From Catajapyx aquilonaris (lineage: Eukaryota): a stretch of 61,924 nt of DNA. Shown here in pieces: positions 38,268 to 51,479 of this stretch. The translations under genes and the position numbers were made by a program. The DNA lies in the NCBI GenBank assembly GCA_000934665.2, contig KZ538109.1, forward strand, positions 62,001-123,924. The letters run 5' to 3'. A model generated the notes under the pieces. That model had not been told where the DNA came from. It did no database searches and saw only the letters and a program-made list of their open reading frames with translations. Every line of letters begins with the position of its first letter. The stretch's first letter is position 1.

Positions 38268-39863
38268 TTAATGCAAGAGTGGAATGGGAAGAAAATGGTC
38301 AATCTCGGGACAGTCATACGTAACGGCCCAATGGCACGTCTGTTTTGTCTTCATGTCGATCGACCCTATGGTCAAGTATATGCAGTAAGGTTGTATCTTC
38401 TTCCACATATCCTGAAGGAATCCCTTAGACACATTCTCCATCAGGGCACCTTTGAAGCTCGCAAACACCAGGTCGTTTCCGAAGTAGTTAAACATCACTG
38501 TTACGATATCTGGAGTCAGACTATTGCTAATGAAGTCGAATCCAAGCATTCGTGGCATGGGGTTGACTTCCAGGAGATTGTGCACCGTCTCGTTGCTCAA
38601 GGTATCTTGCCAGATTTCCAGGATCTTCATATCGCTGCACTTGGACGTGAGGAACATGAGGTGATCCCAGTTTAAATTGCTCCAAGAGTCATAAATAAAT
38701 AGCTTCTGCAGCGTTGTGAAGGGCTGAGTCATATCATCATTGTTGATTGGGTATACGCCACATTGATACAAGTACAATTCTTGAAGTTGTGGGCAGATAA
38801 TTTGGAGTTGCTGGAAGTCGACATGATCACACTTGTACAGCTTGAGTTCAGTCAGATTGGACATCGAGAGATCCTTGACAGCCTTCAGGGTAGGTGAGAG
38901 TTTGAGGACACGTGACAAGGAGAGACCTATCAGTCGAGAGTACACTATCCTGTTCACAACCATCATGTGCTCTGGGTTGCAGTCCGTCAGATGCAATATC
39001 TTCATCTCTCCAAACCTGTTGAGCGGAGTCAGATCCTTGCAGTGGCCGAATATCCCAAATTCCAGCTTGGGAAAATGTCGTACCAGACACGTCAACAGGG
39101 TGCTTCCCTCGATGGCTCCACCTCCCGTCACATTGTTACAATCGCAGATTTTCAGTTGCTTAAGTGATGGGTAGGATTTGCGTAACGATCGTAGGAGAGA
39201 ACGAATCAAATACTTTTGGATGAGCAGGACCTCCAGATGTGGTACGGAGTCCAGGATGTACTTGACGTCGTCCACTCTTCCTCCGCAGTACTCGACATAC
39301 ACTCTCTTCAGATTGCGACATTTGGCTAGAGTCACCTTCTGGTTCCTGGACAACCCCCATTTCATACACAGCTCCTGAAGATCCGGACAATACTTGACCA
39401 GTTTGTTGAACAAGCCTACTTCATCCGTCACCACACTGGCCAACCGAAGAGACTTGAGCTTCCGGAGTCGAGGAAGATTCCTGGCTACCAGAATTGCGAT
39501 TGTTGGGTTGGGCTTGGAGGAATCTGACCAAGCCATCCAGAGGTGGGTCAGGTTCTTCAGTCTGTTAAGGTTTTCCAACAGACTGATCTCTTCTCCTACG
39601 GTGGCCACTGCAATGCGGGTACACCATCGGCAAACTGAGTCTCTTATGTTGACATCTTTGAAGTGCGTGACATGAGCGGACATGAAGAGGATTCCGGCCA
39701 TGTACTCATTAGCCAAGGTGACAGGGATCATATTGGACATATCCTGGATCTCTTTGGAATGTCCATTGGGATGCATTTTGCAGAAATTCAGGATCATTTT
39801 TCCTGTGTAAGTGAGGCATAATTCTTCCAATGGTGCGGGCGGCACCTTTATGCTTAAAGGCAT
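38268..39863 (-). CDS. Intronless leucine-rich-repeat protein with BC-box-like N-terminus (putative cullin-RING substrate receptor)
   Basis: 531-aa single-exon ORF from ATG 39863. Repeated LxxLxL units (LKNLTHLWM, LRKLKSLRL, CPDLQELCM, CRNLKRVYV, CPQLQELYL) of the FBXL/AMN1 type. N-terminal PPAPLEELC. Confidence 0.8.
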   Translation of the reverse strand: MPLSIKVPPAPLEELCLTYTGKMILNFCKMHPNGHSKEIQDMSNMIPVTLANEYMAGILFMSAHVTHFKDVNIRDSVCRWCTRIAVATVGEEISLLENLNRLKNLTHLWMAWSDSSKPNPTIAILVARNLPRLRKLKSLRLASVVTDEVGLFNKLVKYCPDLQELCMKWGLSRNQKVTLAKCRNLKRVYVEYCGGRVDDVKYILDSVPHLEVLLIQKYLIRSLLRSLRKSYPSLKQLKICDCNNVTGGGAIEGSTLLTCLVRHFPKLEFGIFGHCKDLTPLNRFGEMKILHLTDCNPEHMMVVNRIVYSRLIGLSLSRVLKLSPTLKAVKDLSMSNLTELKLYKCDHVDFQQLQIICPQLQELYLYQCGVYPINNDDMTQPFTTLQKLFIYDSWSNLNWDHLMFLTSKCSDMKILEIWQDTLSNETVHNLLEVNPMPRMLGFDFISNSLTPDIVTVMFNYFGNDLVFASFKGALMENVSKGFLQDMWKKIQPYCIYLTIGSIDMKTKQTCHWAVTYDCPEIDHFLPIPLLH

Positions 39864-40577
39864 AGCGATCAGTAAAAACAGTGACAACAATAGAAAGTAC
39901 TTGACTGGTAGCTTCGTGCCACTGATGTAAAATAAAGTACTTAAAAGTAACTTGCCTTATTTCTGGCCTTAATTACTTCTAGCTGGACAAAAAAAATTCG
40001 TCTTCTAGAACCTAGTGGTAAGTCTGAAGAATGAAATACAACAGTAGTGTGCTATTTCTTGGCAACAACAAAATTAGAAACTATCAATGCGAAATGTGAT
40101 TCGATCCTACTATAACGACTTATGTCACCTCTACTACAAGTATACTCTTTGAAGTTGTGGCAGAAGTAACAAGCAATCGCGAAGGTGAAGGAGGTTGCAA
40201 CTTGCGGAGAGAAACAAAAATAAAATCTTAGCACAACAATATTTATTAACGTTATTAATTATTGATTGCGATATTAATTGTTGACAACAATGAATAATGA
40301 ACTTTTCGTATCTGACATGATGGGAATAGATGGAATATGTCTGTTATGCTAAAGGTGAAATCCAAGTGGATTGTTCTATATCCTGTTTCCCACCAGAAAA
40401 ACGTAGACCAACAACATAAACACAACCAGTATTATTGAGCCTGGGGTGATTTCGTAATAGGAATGTTTTTATACAAAAATACGATACTATACAGTATAGT
40501 AGCCATGAATTTGTAATTATAGTGTCACATCGCTACCCACTGTTAAAACAATACATAAAGCATTTATTACAAGCGAA

Positions 40578-41827
40578 TTACATGTTAAGTGTTTTGTTAA
40601 TAAATTCGTTTCCTGCAATATCTGAAAGAGGTAGAGTTAGTAGCATCCGGTCGATACCTTCCTTCATTATTTGATTCAATTTTGTTTGAAATTTAGGTTT
40701 CATATAATGGAAGATTTCTTGGCCATTTTCGTTCAAAAATGCCTCTGCTGCTTCTTCTGCAAAAAATATTAAGTAACATTATTAACATTGTATCCTTTTG
40801 TCATACTACCAAGGATTGAAGGCAGCACGATTACCTATAAGTTATATCCTTTGAAACAAATTACAACATCAGAAGCTTCATAATTTTTTTACTTACTCAG
40901 TATGGGACTATCATTATAAATATTGTTGAGACGAACAGCCACATGCTCCGGTGTAATATCTATCATATTACTCTCGATAATCAAGCGATTTTGTTCATCA
41001 GCGGATTTGAATGCGTGTTCTCCTGAAATATTCACATTCTCTGGAAAATAAAGAAGACATAATGTACTGTACAACCCTGCATGTATATGTAATACTGCAC
41101 ACATGCACACTATAGTTTCACAAAATCTGTGAGTAGGCAAAAATGCAAAGGAAATGATTAGACTATACTTACTCAGTTTCGACCACATAGTGCCTTGTCC
41201 TTGTAGTCTTATTAGCGAACCATAAGAATCAATTTCATACTTGGCTTGTACAAAGATCTCAGGAATAGTCACCTCCCAATGGGAAATTAGTTTTTCGTAG
41301 TCCACCTGTAGCTTGGTCAGTTCCATCTCTTCCAAGCCTTTGATGATCGTGTCATACATGTATAAATGTAGGTAATTATTGTCGTCTTGATAATCAGTCA
41401 CGTTGAGACCACCAAACTCGAGCTCATTTAATGTCGGAAGATTGAACTCAGGCATGCCTGTAAAAGCAACGAATTTAAAAAAGAACCATGCAAAATATTA
41501 TTGATATACGGTACACAACAAAATGTGCAGCACAAATATTGTCTTGACATGTGTCTTACCATTTGCAAAGTTAGGTTTCATGTCGTTGATTAATTGTATG
41601 ATGCATGGCTCCAAATCCTGCCTGCTCACTCCCTTACAACGAGCTATGATTTCATCTGCAAAGGAACACATTGAAACTCACCATCGTAACTATACTTATT
41701 AGATTCACACATCCGATGATTCTACAATAAATTTAAAATCATTTAAGGACTTACCTCTCCTTAGCTGTGCCTCAGCAAGAAATGCTGCAGCAAAGAGAAG
41801 CAGAAAACTGCTCCAGTGAAAAGCCAT
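40578..41827 (-). CDS. Takeout/JHBP family protein 3
   Basis: Five exons: MAFHWSSFLLLFAAAFLAEA, CKGVSRQDLEPC, GMPEFNLPTL, YEIDSYGSLIRLQGQG, RLNNIYNDSPIL. Confidence 0.88.
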
Positions 41828-42120
41828 GATTCAACTGGTTCCAAAGGTACCGTATCCTAAGTTATTATATGGCTGTAATTAATATTACATTACGTAATTC
41901 TTACGTACATGTTATGAACGACGTATAACGGCATGATTGACGTACAGTACACATTTACGATGGTTATGACGGACAATTCACTGTTCCATCAACAAAATGT
42001 GTTATGCAAAAACGTGCCTGAGGCCATTGAGGCCTGGAAGATGCAGGTCTCCCAGGGCCATATGATTGTGTAAGAATAGGCCTAATTGAAGTTTCCACGT
42101 GTCATATTAACTGTAGGAGG

Positions 42121-42474
42121 GGGAGGTGTGGTGGTCGAGATGGTAACGTTTCGGCTTGCTGAGTGAAAGGCCCCAGGTTCGATCCCCGCCTGGGGAACTT
42201 TCCTTTCACCAGCGTCAGGACCGGGTCTCTGACCTGCACCAAGGAGGTGTCTGGCAACCTAACCTCCTGGGGAACAGCACATGACGCATTAGCTACGACA
42301 TTGCACCTTGTACCCATGTTCCCTCCCCAAAAATCCCTATCCTTTCCCATTGTCCCTGTTTCCTTGCACAGGAGAATGAAGTGAAAATAAATACAGAAAA
42401 CTGATGGTGGTATGCCACCCCCTATAGCTCCCGTAAGGGACATCACGGGGTAAAATGAAATAAAACATAAATAA
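42121..42474 (+). mobile_element. tRNA-derived SINE
   Basis: A box TGGTCGAGATGG, B box GGTTCGATCCC, A-rich tail. 17-bp TSD with one mismatch: ATATTAACTGTAGGAGG at 42104-42120, ATATTACCTGTAGGAGG at 42475-42491. Confidence 0.85.
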
Positions 42475-43511
42475 ATATTACCTGTAGGAGGACGGAGAAT
42501 ATTCACCCATACGGTATGTTCTCGCTATCAATGCACTACTTTTAAAATAGAAGTTTATGTCTTGGTTCGCAATTTTTCAAACAAGCAGTTACTTTGAAAC
42601 AGTTACTTTATTAGCTGATAGTATTATAGGCCGAAGGTGCATCTAATGAAACTCTTATCTACAAAAGACAAGTTCAATATTATTATTACTGTATTGACCT
42701 TGTATCAAAGGGTGATTCAAGATGCATTAACTTCGGAAATTCTTAACAGTTTAGATAATAAGGCTACCATTGATAAACGCTACAAGGAACTGTAGATAAG
42801 TTAATGCTAACTAATATTAAAGCAGCTCAGAGAGAGAGAGAGAAAAAAAAGCCAACCACTATGGAGAGTTTAGTTGGAGCAGTATTCTTGTAACCAATTT
42901 TTTAATCAAATTGCCTGGGTTAGTTTGATGAAATAGTTAATAACGTCTCGATGTTCATGGCTAGAATTTTTATGGGTAGTAACTAATATGCTATCCATAC
43001 CTTTTATTACAAAGGCTCTATGCATAACCAACTGCATATAAATTTCATTATCAAATTTTAAATCAAATTATATTTTTGATGGAATGGATGGTGTGGCATC
43101 ATCCCCATAGATTTACCAGCAAGACGTCAACATTGATCTTTGATAACATACTGACAACATCATAATATGGTAATTATTATATCCGGTCTATTATTTCAAG
43201 GTCCTCTGTGGTAGTTTTTTTTTTGAAATAATGATGTGCGATTCTGCAAGATATATTGCACAAGAATAACACTTTTATAGTTTTATATCTTGAGGATCTC
43301 TATAGAGATGTGAATCGTACTCTCCCGGAATTGTACTTTATATGAGTGATGCACTGGTGATGCATGATAGAGAATCCATATAGCCCATACTGTATAGGCC
43401 TATATTAACTCAAGCACATTCAGCTGAATTTTTTTGATTGATAGACGCTTGGATATAGATGCTTATAGTACGAGAGTTTAATGGACTGAACACATAATAC
43501 AGGGGAATATA

Positions 43512-44783
43512 TTACACGCTGATAAATTCTTTTCCTGCAACATCTGCCAGAGGTATAGTAGTTACAGTCCGGTCGCCATAATCATTCAGTACTTGATTCA
43601 ATTTCGACATTATTTTAGGTTTCATATATTGGAAAATATGCTGGCCGTTTCGGTTCAGATATGCCTCTGCTTCTTCCTCTGCAAAATAACATTACGTACA
43701 ATTATTTACGAACTAGTGTACAGTTCAGTATTATAATAATTTTTCTACAAATTTCCCCCACAACATTCCCACACCTACATTTGCCTTCAAAGGTTGTCAA
43801 AAAATTACTTACTCAGGATGGGATTGTTTTCGTAAATATTATTGAGGCGCAATGCCACAGTCTCCGGTTTAACGTCCTTCAGAGTACCCTTGATGATCAA
43901 ATGAGTTTTGTCGTCAGACGGTTTAAATGTGTGTACTCCTCCAACATTCACATTATCTGAAAAAGGCATAAAACATTAAATTCAATTATTTTTGGGGAAA
44001 CAGAGGTATTTCCTTTCCAAAAATATTGTCTCCAATATTTGATTATACTCACTCAGTTTGACCCACATAGTTCCTTTTCCTTGGAGTCTTACCAGCGTCA
44101 TGTGAGCGTCAATTTCATATCTGGCTTGTACATATAACTCAGGAATTGTCACCTCCCAATGGGCATCTTGCTTTTCGTAGTCCACCTTCAGCTTGGTCAG
44201 TTCCGTGTCTTCAAAGCCTTTGATTTTCATATCAGACACGGATAAATACAAGTGATTGTTGTCATCCTGATTCTCTGTCACGTTGAAACCACCAAATTCC
44301 AGATCTTTCACAGTCGGAAGACTAAACTCAGGCATACCTACAAAAATAATGTGTTGAAAATACTGTACAATCAGCATAACACTACTTCCTAGTTCCTATA
44401 CAAATGTCTGCCAGCTCTGCTAGCGTAACGTGCAATAGAGAAAGTTGAACAAAAATGATGAAATTTTGTCTCACCATTTTCAAAGTTAGGTCTCATGTCG
44501 TTGATTAATTTGATGAGACATGGTTCCAGATCCTCCCTGCTCACTCCCTTACAACGTGCTATGACCTCATCTGCAAAAAAAATGTTTTAAAAATAATGTG
44601 GTGTATATGTTATAAGTACACAAACTGTTATTTTTTCGACGTCACGTTTCAAAGACGGGAAAAGTACTGGTCCCGCCTCCAATTCGGCACAACCCTGCTG
44701 ATGTATAACTGACCTCTTTGAAGTAGGGCCCCAGCAAATGCAGGAGCAAAGAGAAGCAAGAATCTGCACCACTGAAAAGCCAT
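43512..44783 (-). CDS. Takeout/JHBP family protein 4 (close paralog of 3)
   Basis: Five exons: MAFQWCRFLLLFAPAFAGA, CKGVSREDLEPC, GMPEFSLPTV, YEIDAHMTLVRLQGKG, RLNNIYENNPIL. Confidence 0.88.
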
Positions 44784-45543
44784 GATAAAACTTGAAGTGA
44801 AATGGTACATGTCTCCATTTATATTGCCTTTCCTTATTCTTTCAAGGTGAACAATTTGTTACGTTACCCTCATTGACATTCTATGTGGAGTTAGACCCTG
44901 ATAAATTATCTTGTCCATTATGCAATAGGCTCTAGTCTTGTTTTAAAAGCAGGATGTCAGAGTTGAGAGAGGCACCTTTCTAATGAAAATTGTCAAGTGA
45001 TTTTACAACAAATTTGTAGTGTGACAAGTACTTAAGCAATACATTCACACGAGGATGTTAGGAACGAATAATTTTATTTTACCTAAATTCTCACAATCAA
45101 TTATTCAGCATTATTATCAGAAGTGGGTGAATAATGCAATAGTTTAATAGCCACTTATTGTGTCAAACACTGATGAAAATGGCCTTTGACATCGTCCCAA
45201 ATTCGACTGGGATATCGACTTTTTATGCATATTTCGTCGACATCACCATGACATGGTGTGAAGTACTAACCCAGTAAAAATGAGCAAAAAAAAACACGAT
45301 CCTGGATGAAACTAGTTTACCCCGTAATGCAACTATGACACACCTGAGGGAAATGAAAGTCACCTCATTGACCACTACCTACATGATTTGGGGATACAGA
45401 TGGGGGTACTTCTTGAACATTATAAAATAATAACGTAATTATAAGTATTTTCTTCTATTTTATTTCCCTGCCGCCTTTTACAGAAATTCATTGAGCATTT
45501 TAAATGCATATACAGTACAAGTGCATGAACTGCATAATTATAA

Positions 45544-48003
45544 TTAGTTAGAAGTAGTTTTAATATTGGCTACAACTTGGTTTCCAATATCAGTAATAAC
45601 TCGGCTTAGGTTGCGCTTCAAGGCGGGCTTCACATATCGGAAAAGAGTTTGACCACTGGCATCCATAGTTAACTGCATTAGTGATTCTGAAAAAATTTAA
45701 ACAAATGAATATTGAGTACAAATTGAAAATTTAAGAATTAATTTAATTAAGTTTTAAAGTACTGTAACTGACATGAATTTAAATTAGCGAAAATATATCA
45801 TTTTGTGTATAAGTACAGAAAAAGCATAAGCTTAATTTATTTCTTAATTATCAATCAAACAACTAGTCCTGCAACTTACGTAAAACCAGATTATCTTCGT
45901 AGAACTTGCTAACAGGAATCTCCACATCTTCGGCGTCGATTCTGGTTACTTTGGCTTTAATTTTTAAATTCTCCTGTCCCTGCTTCGCGTCCAACCAACC
46001 CTCTCCTTTCATCACCACACGCTCTGAAATTAAGCAAATCAATTTTTATTGATACAAATAGGATGTAAATGGTGGATAATGTCTGAAATAATTGCACTGA
46101 TTATTTTAAACAAGATTGGAAAATCACGTAAGCGTGATTAGAGTAGACATTTTCATGTTTACTGATATTTTCCCCAACGTCCGTATCGTTCAGATTGAAA
46201 AAGTGCATACTCAAACTGGCCAGCATGTCTCCGTGTCCCTTGATTGGAACGTAAACCTTTCCATCTACAGCATAGCTTAATTCTACGTCAAGCTGTGGAA
46301 CGAATATCTTCCAAGTGGCAACTTTGGACTGGTCGTCCACATTCAGGTAGGTCAAGTCTGCCTTTTCGAATCCTCTGGCTGTGATATCCATATTTGCAGA
46401 AAGTTCCATGTTCTTCGGCGGTCTATATTTATCTTCATAGTTATTCACACTAAAGCCGGTTACAGATATTTCCTTCAGCGATGGCAAGCCCAGGTCAGGC
46501 AATCCTGAAAAAGTAAGGGTTCATAGTAAAATTTTTAAAAAATATAAGGAATCCAATTAGGTTCACTCAAATGGTCCAGTTACAGCTGACTTTATAATTA
46601 TGACACTTTATTATGATTATAAGTCTTACCATGTTCAAAGCTTGGCTTCAAATCCTTGATTAATTCAATAATGCATGGCTCCAAATCTGGTCTCGCCACA
46701 TCCAAGCAACGATTAATTGCAGCATCTGTAATAATACACACCATCATCACAATCATTTGGTACAGTATATTTCCGCAATAAAGTCTATAATTAAGCACAA
46801 TTTTCTTGCAATCTATTTGCGACAACTGAGAAGAAAAACACTGCAGCGGAAATTTCGAAATTTTCTCTTCGCTCTAATGGGCAATAAATACCCTGATTGC
46901 CTACAGTAAGAAAAAATTATTTTTATTCTTGCTCTTGGCAGTACTTGAGAAGGGGAAAAAAATTTAAGGACTTCACCTTTCCAGCACGAATTTATACAGG
47001 ATGACTCTAAAGTCAGGTTACATAGGTAAATGTATTGTATGATTGGTTTCCAGTTGTGCTAACTAGCAGATTGTTGTCATTGGTACGGTTGGCACAACTG
47101 AAAGCCAACCGGCAATACAATCTAATTACCTTATCGTGACTTTAGAGTCACTCTGTATAACTGAGACACCAAAATAATTGGAAAACCCCCACTCCCTTTT
47201 GCATAACCTGCCAGGGCCTGCTGTCGTCTCCAGAATGTCCCAAAACCATCAATACCAACAGATGGAAACAATTTATGACCAGATTTGAAGAGTTCGGGTG
47301 CAAAACAGCCTAAGTCCATTTTCGTGAAAGGACACGGCACAAAAAGTATGGGCCGATGGCCTTCCGCTCTATATTTGCCTGAAAATGGGATATGTTGTCC
47401 CATATCCCATTTTCAGGCAAATATAGAACGGAAGGCCACTGGTCCATACTTTTTGTGCCATGTCCTTTGAGATAGCAACACCATGTAGTCAATGAGGAGG
47501 CCCTTTACAAGTTGGTGTAAAAGTAATAAACAAAATCGCATAAGTCTCGTATAGGTATTCACCTTGGAAAAAATTCGATTAGTGAAAAAAGCCCCTATAA
47601 AGCTCCTATAGGGAGCTTGGGGTGTACGGTACTCTATACACAGTATGTCACAGCATTATACTCTTTGTACCATTTTATAGTAAAGCTTGTCAAATGCTAC
47701 CTCGGTCCTAAATTGGTATAATAGTTAGGCCCAGAGTTTTTGTCGCAGATAGTGAGCCAAAAAAAAACTTTTATGCAGTGTAGTTTTCCGTGTTATGAGA
47801 CTTGCACGCTACTTTCACATAATCATGAAGTAAATCCAATGTGACTAGAATTTTAAAAAGCCCCTGCTGGTGTTATGTACTACATCAAATGAGACCCTGT
47901 AGTAAGAGCCTAAACTATCAGAAATTTTTGTTTCATTACCTTTCTGCAGACTCCCTGCCAATGTAGAGCACACGAGCCCAAGGAAGACCAGGCAAATATC
48001 CAT
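45544..48003 (-). CDS. Takeout/JHBP family protein 5 (divergent)
   Basis: Five exons: MDICLVFLGLVCSTLA, CLDVARPDLEPC, GLPDLGLPSL, YAVDGKVYVPIKGHG. Shorter last exon. Confidence 0.82.
46997..47155. mobile_element. Tc1/mariner-type MITE
   Basis: TA flanks; TIRs CAGGATGACTCTAAAGTCA and TGACTTTAGAGTCACTCTG. Confidence 0.75.
47326..47468. repeat. Near-perfect palindrome (MITE-like) in takeout-5 intron 1
   Basis: About 68-bp arms AAAGGACA.GGCACAAAAAGTATGG...TATATTTGCCTGAAAATGGGATATG with a very short loop. Confidence 0.85.
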
Positions 48004-49867
48004 GTTGATCTGACACGAAATGCGAAATGTGTTCATACCTGTATGCTGCTTATACTCCGGCTCACTCTCAAGGTGACCAGTTTCCCATCCTTGAACACCA
48101 AGTTAGTAAAATATACTCTACGGATATTTTTAATTAGTTGCATAATATGCGCCATCAGTTTTGCACGAGTGAAAACTTTTTGTCACTTGTGTGCTGAGAC
48201 TAATCATTGCAACAGCGTCCTTAAAGAGCTGTTTTTGGCATTGTTATTGGTCACATGATATGGAAGAGGAAGCTGAAGAAACCTTCATTGAATTAATTGG
48301 ATTTGTTTGTCGCAGTGAGCTAGAGTGTTTCCTGCCATCTTAGTTATGAAGGAAATGTGTACAGTACTGTAATTTTTTTTATTGCCACGTTTCCCATGCC
48401 ATCAAGCAACGAGGTACTCAGGAGACTCTGCCATCTATGGGCGATATTGAAACATATAAATTTCTCACACTCAGCATGACTCGACTGACTTGGTGAAGGT
48501 CGTTGAGGCGAATGGTCAGTCATCTTGGTCATGTTTACGTCGGTCTCTCAACTGTGTAGCTTCATTAACAAAGTAATCTACATTCAGATTTACAGCACGA
48601 TTCAATTATATTAACTGTAAAAATTTGAAACTTACAGTACAAGTAATAAAATTTACAATTTGACATTGGTATAGGTCACTCTAAATTACGTAAACACTTC
48701 TGTACTTTTTGCATTTCATTTGCAGCTATAGGCGAGAACTCCCTGCAGCGAAGATGAAATGATTCGCACTAGAAATATTTTGCCAAGGTTAGAGTATCCA
48801 ATCATGAGTTTCATCCTTAGTGAACGCAAGCACAGTTAAATATTGCACTAAATGATTACATAAGCACAAATCATTACCGGTAACTTAATTTAGCAAAATA
48901 TGTCATCAGAGACACAAACGAAATAGTGCGTGCAATCTTTTTACACCTTGACAATGTTTGAAGCAACAGGTTTGCACTACAGTTGATGAGAATACATTAT
49001 GTTGTATTATACAACAAATAATTCAACTGCGTGCTTAGTACATGTTTGCTAAAGCATGTAGTTTGGATGATGTTATGAATTACCAGTACAGCATTTATTT
49101 ATACAATAATTAGTGTACAATAATTTTACACTTAGGTCAAGCACTTTGTATGACAAATTGTTCTTGTGAAATCTACATTCAGGTAAAAAAAAAGAAGTTT
49201 TTTTATAGAGTCTTCTGAGTCGAGTTGCGGAAACAAAGGAGAATATCGGTTAATTTCAAGGTTACTCATTTGCTCACCTGAATGATGAACATTTGACGAT
49301 TTGCAGACATAACAATAACCTTGAAATTAGCCTGCTGCGCCATAAAGTAATACCTTGATATCCTTCAATAAATGTTACACCCATCGCCTCAAAAGGCGAT
49401 AGCAAAAAAGTGATCACTATTCGACGTTTGGTTTATTCATAAATAAAAAATAATTATACATCAAACATGCTGGGAAATTGCTGCATAAATGAAGTAATTA
49501 CAGCTTTCACAGTTGATTAGCAGTTTACAAAAGCTCTGGGTAATTCTTTCATCCGAAAGATGCACATATTTTGTCTTTATTTATGAAACAGTACTTGCTA
49601 CCATGCACCGAAAAATTGCTGTTTCATGCTTTAAGTTAAGAAATAAATAGCACAAAAACAGGGCTTGAAGTAGCCAACGTAAGTGTAAATGTAATAACCC
49701 ATGTTGTGAAACTGCAGCCATATAGGGAGAGCTACACGTCGATAACCCACAAGCTTTTTTCTTAGGTGTGATTACACAGAACAACCTTGAGCTCAGCTTG
49801 TAATGTGCATCTGTACTTTATTATTGATATTAAGGAGGTTGGCCCAGCATTGCCTTTCAACCTCCAA

Positions 49868-50021
49868 GGATAGGGAAGGAAGGAAGCGGCTGTGGCCTAT
49901 TATATGGAAACAACCCCGGAATTATCCTAGGAAGACCGTGGAAAACCACGTTCAGGGTTGCCGGCCCCGGGATTCGAACCCAGGACCTCCCGATTAGCAG
50001 GCGGACGCCCTATCCACTATG
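49868..50021 (-). mobile_element. Partial SINE of the same family as 6066-6365
   Basis: Reverse complement CATAGTGGATAGGGCG..CTGCTAATCGGGAGGTCCTGGGTTCGAATCCCGGGGC matches the 6066 copy. Confidence 0.85.
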
Positions 50022-50268
50022 TATTTAGGGAAGTGCACTTTGACATACGTTGTATTGCCCTAACATACTGTTGTAAATGCAGTAACGACCTTACAGTACG
50101 CTAGTACTTCGTGTTGCACGCACATGTAGGAGAAAATATCAGTCGAAAGCCAATATTATAATCACTGCTTATTAGGCTTAATTATATAATCATCAATTTT
50201 TCATCATATCACCTTGAAAAGGGGAATAAAAGCCGACATTTCATACACCCTTCCTGATCAGAATCATC

Positions 50269-51479
50269 ATGAAGGTCCAAGTGTGCTTACTGGTGGCTCT
50301 CATGCCAGTCATCTTCGCAGGGGTCATCCCAGAAAGTTGGTATTTTTAAACGCTCGGTAGTTCTGATTAGACTCTGAATTTATTTATTTTCCTGCACGAT
50401 ATACTTTAATGAATATTTCATATCCATTTCAAAATCACTTGCAGCCAAAAATGATCGTGTTAAGTGATTTTTTGATATGCGCTGAATATTGCCATGTTGC
50501 TTCAGTGTATTTTTCCAACTATTGCAAAAACATTTGTCATTTTCTCTCTGCATATTTCCAGATGACGTACTTTCTCGCTGCAAGGATAAAAGCCCAGAAG
50601 CTATGGGACCATTCCTTGTCAAGCTTATCAACGAGATGAGCGAGGACTTTACAGACGGTAAGACCTATTGTCACTTAACTTTTATACATTATTGTTTAAT
50701 GCCCATATGTGGAGCCTGTAGATGTGCTGTTTCAGGTTTACCCGAGTTTGGTTTGCCATCCATGACGGAGCTGGCAATCGAGAGTTTCTCCATGAAAGAA
50801 AGCTCAAACGATGATAGTTACTTCAACATAGATTTGTGGGACATTTACGCCAAGGGTCTGGAAGAGGCTAAAATGACCAATATCGAGGTCGATTACGACA
50901 ATAAAGTTGTTCATTGGGAAGCGACTGTTCCGGAGCTCTTCGTGCGAGGAAAATACAAGATTGACGCTAAGCTGTCCTTCATTCCCATCCAAGGTGATGG
51001 AACAATGTGGGGAAAGCTGGGTAAGTCTACAGTACATGGCAGGTCCATCTTGAGCATTGAGTAAAACCATTCAATATTATTTACACTGCAGGAACTAGTC
51101 ACGCCAGAGGATATGCCAAATTTGATCTCGTTGGTGAAGATAAGCACTTGAAGGTAGTGGTCAAAGTAGAGGACCTGGACGCCAACAAAGCCACAGTCCG
51201 ATTCAATAATCTCTTCCCAGGAAATGAAATCTTGAGTGAGTTTCTGCCTTCAAAGTGTCGCAATTTTTAATACTACGTGTAACGCTTTTTACTGTTGCAG
51301 AGGAAGCGGCAGAATCCTTCATTAACGACAATACATTAGAAATGTTCGATCTCATTGAACCTGAGCTGGTTAAGAAACTGAGCAAAGTCGCCACGGAACA
51401 TATGGACAACATCGGAAAGACTCTTCCTATTGAAAAGTTGGCAGGGGAACAACACCTTAGAAAAGCATTCAATGTCTGA
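50269..51479 (+). CDS. Takeout/JHBP family protein 6 (inverted orientation)
   Basis: Exons 50269-50335, 50562-50658, 50736-51021, 51092-51235, 51301-51479. Motifs CKDKSPEAMGPF, GLPEFGLPSM, RFNNLFPGNEIL. Confidence 0.9.

Noticed and set aside
38271..39675. Plus-strand ORFs overlapping the LRR gene
   Set aside because: Antisense shadows of the 531-aa ORF with no independent motifs.
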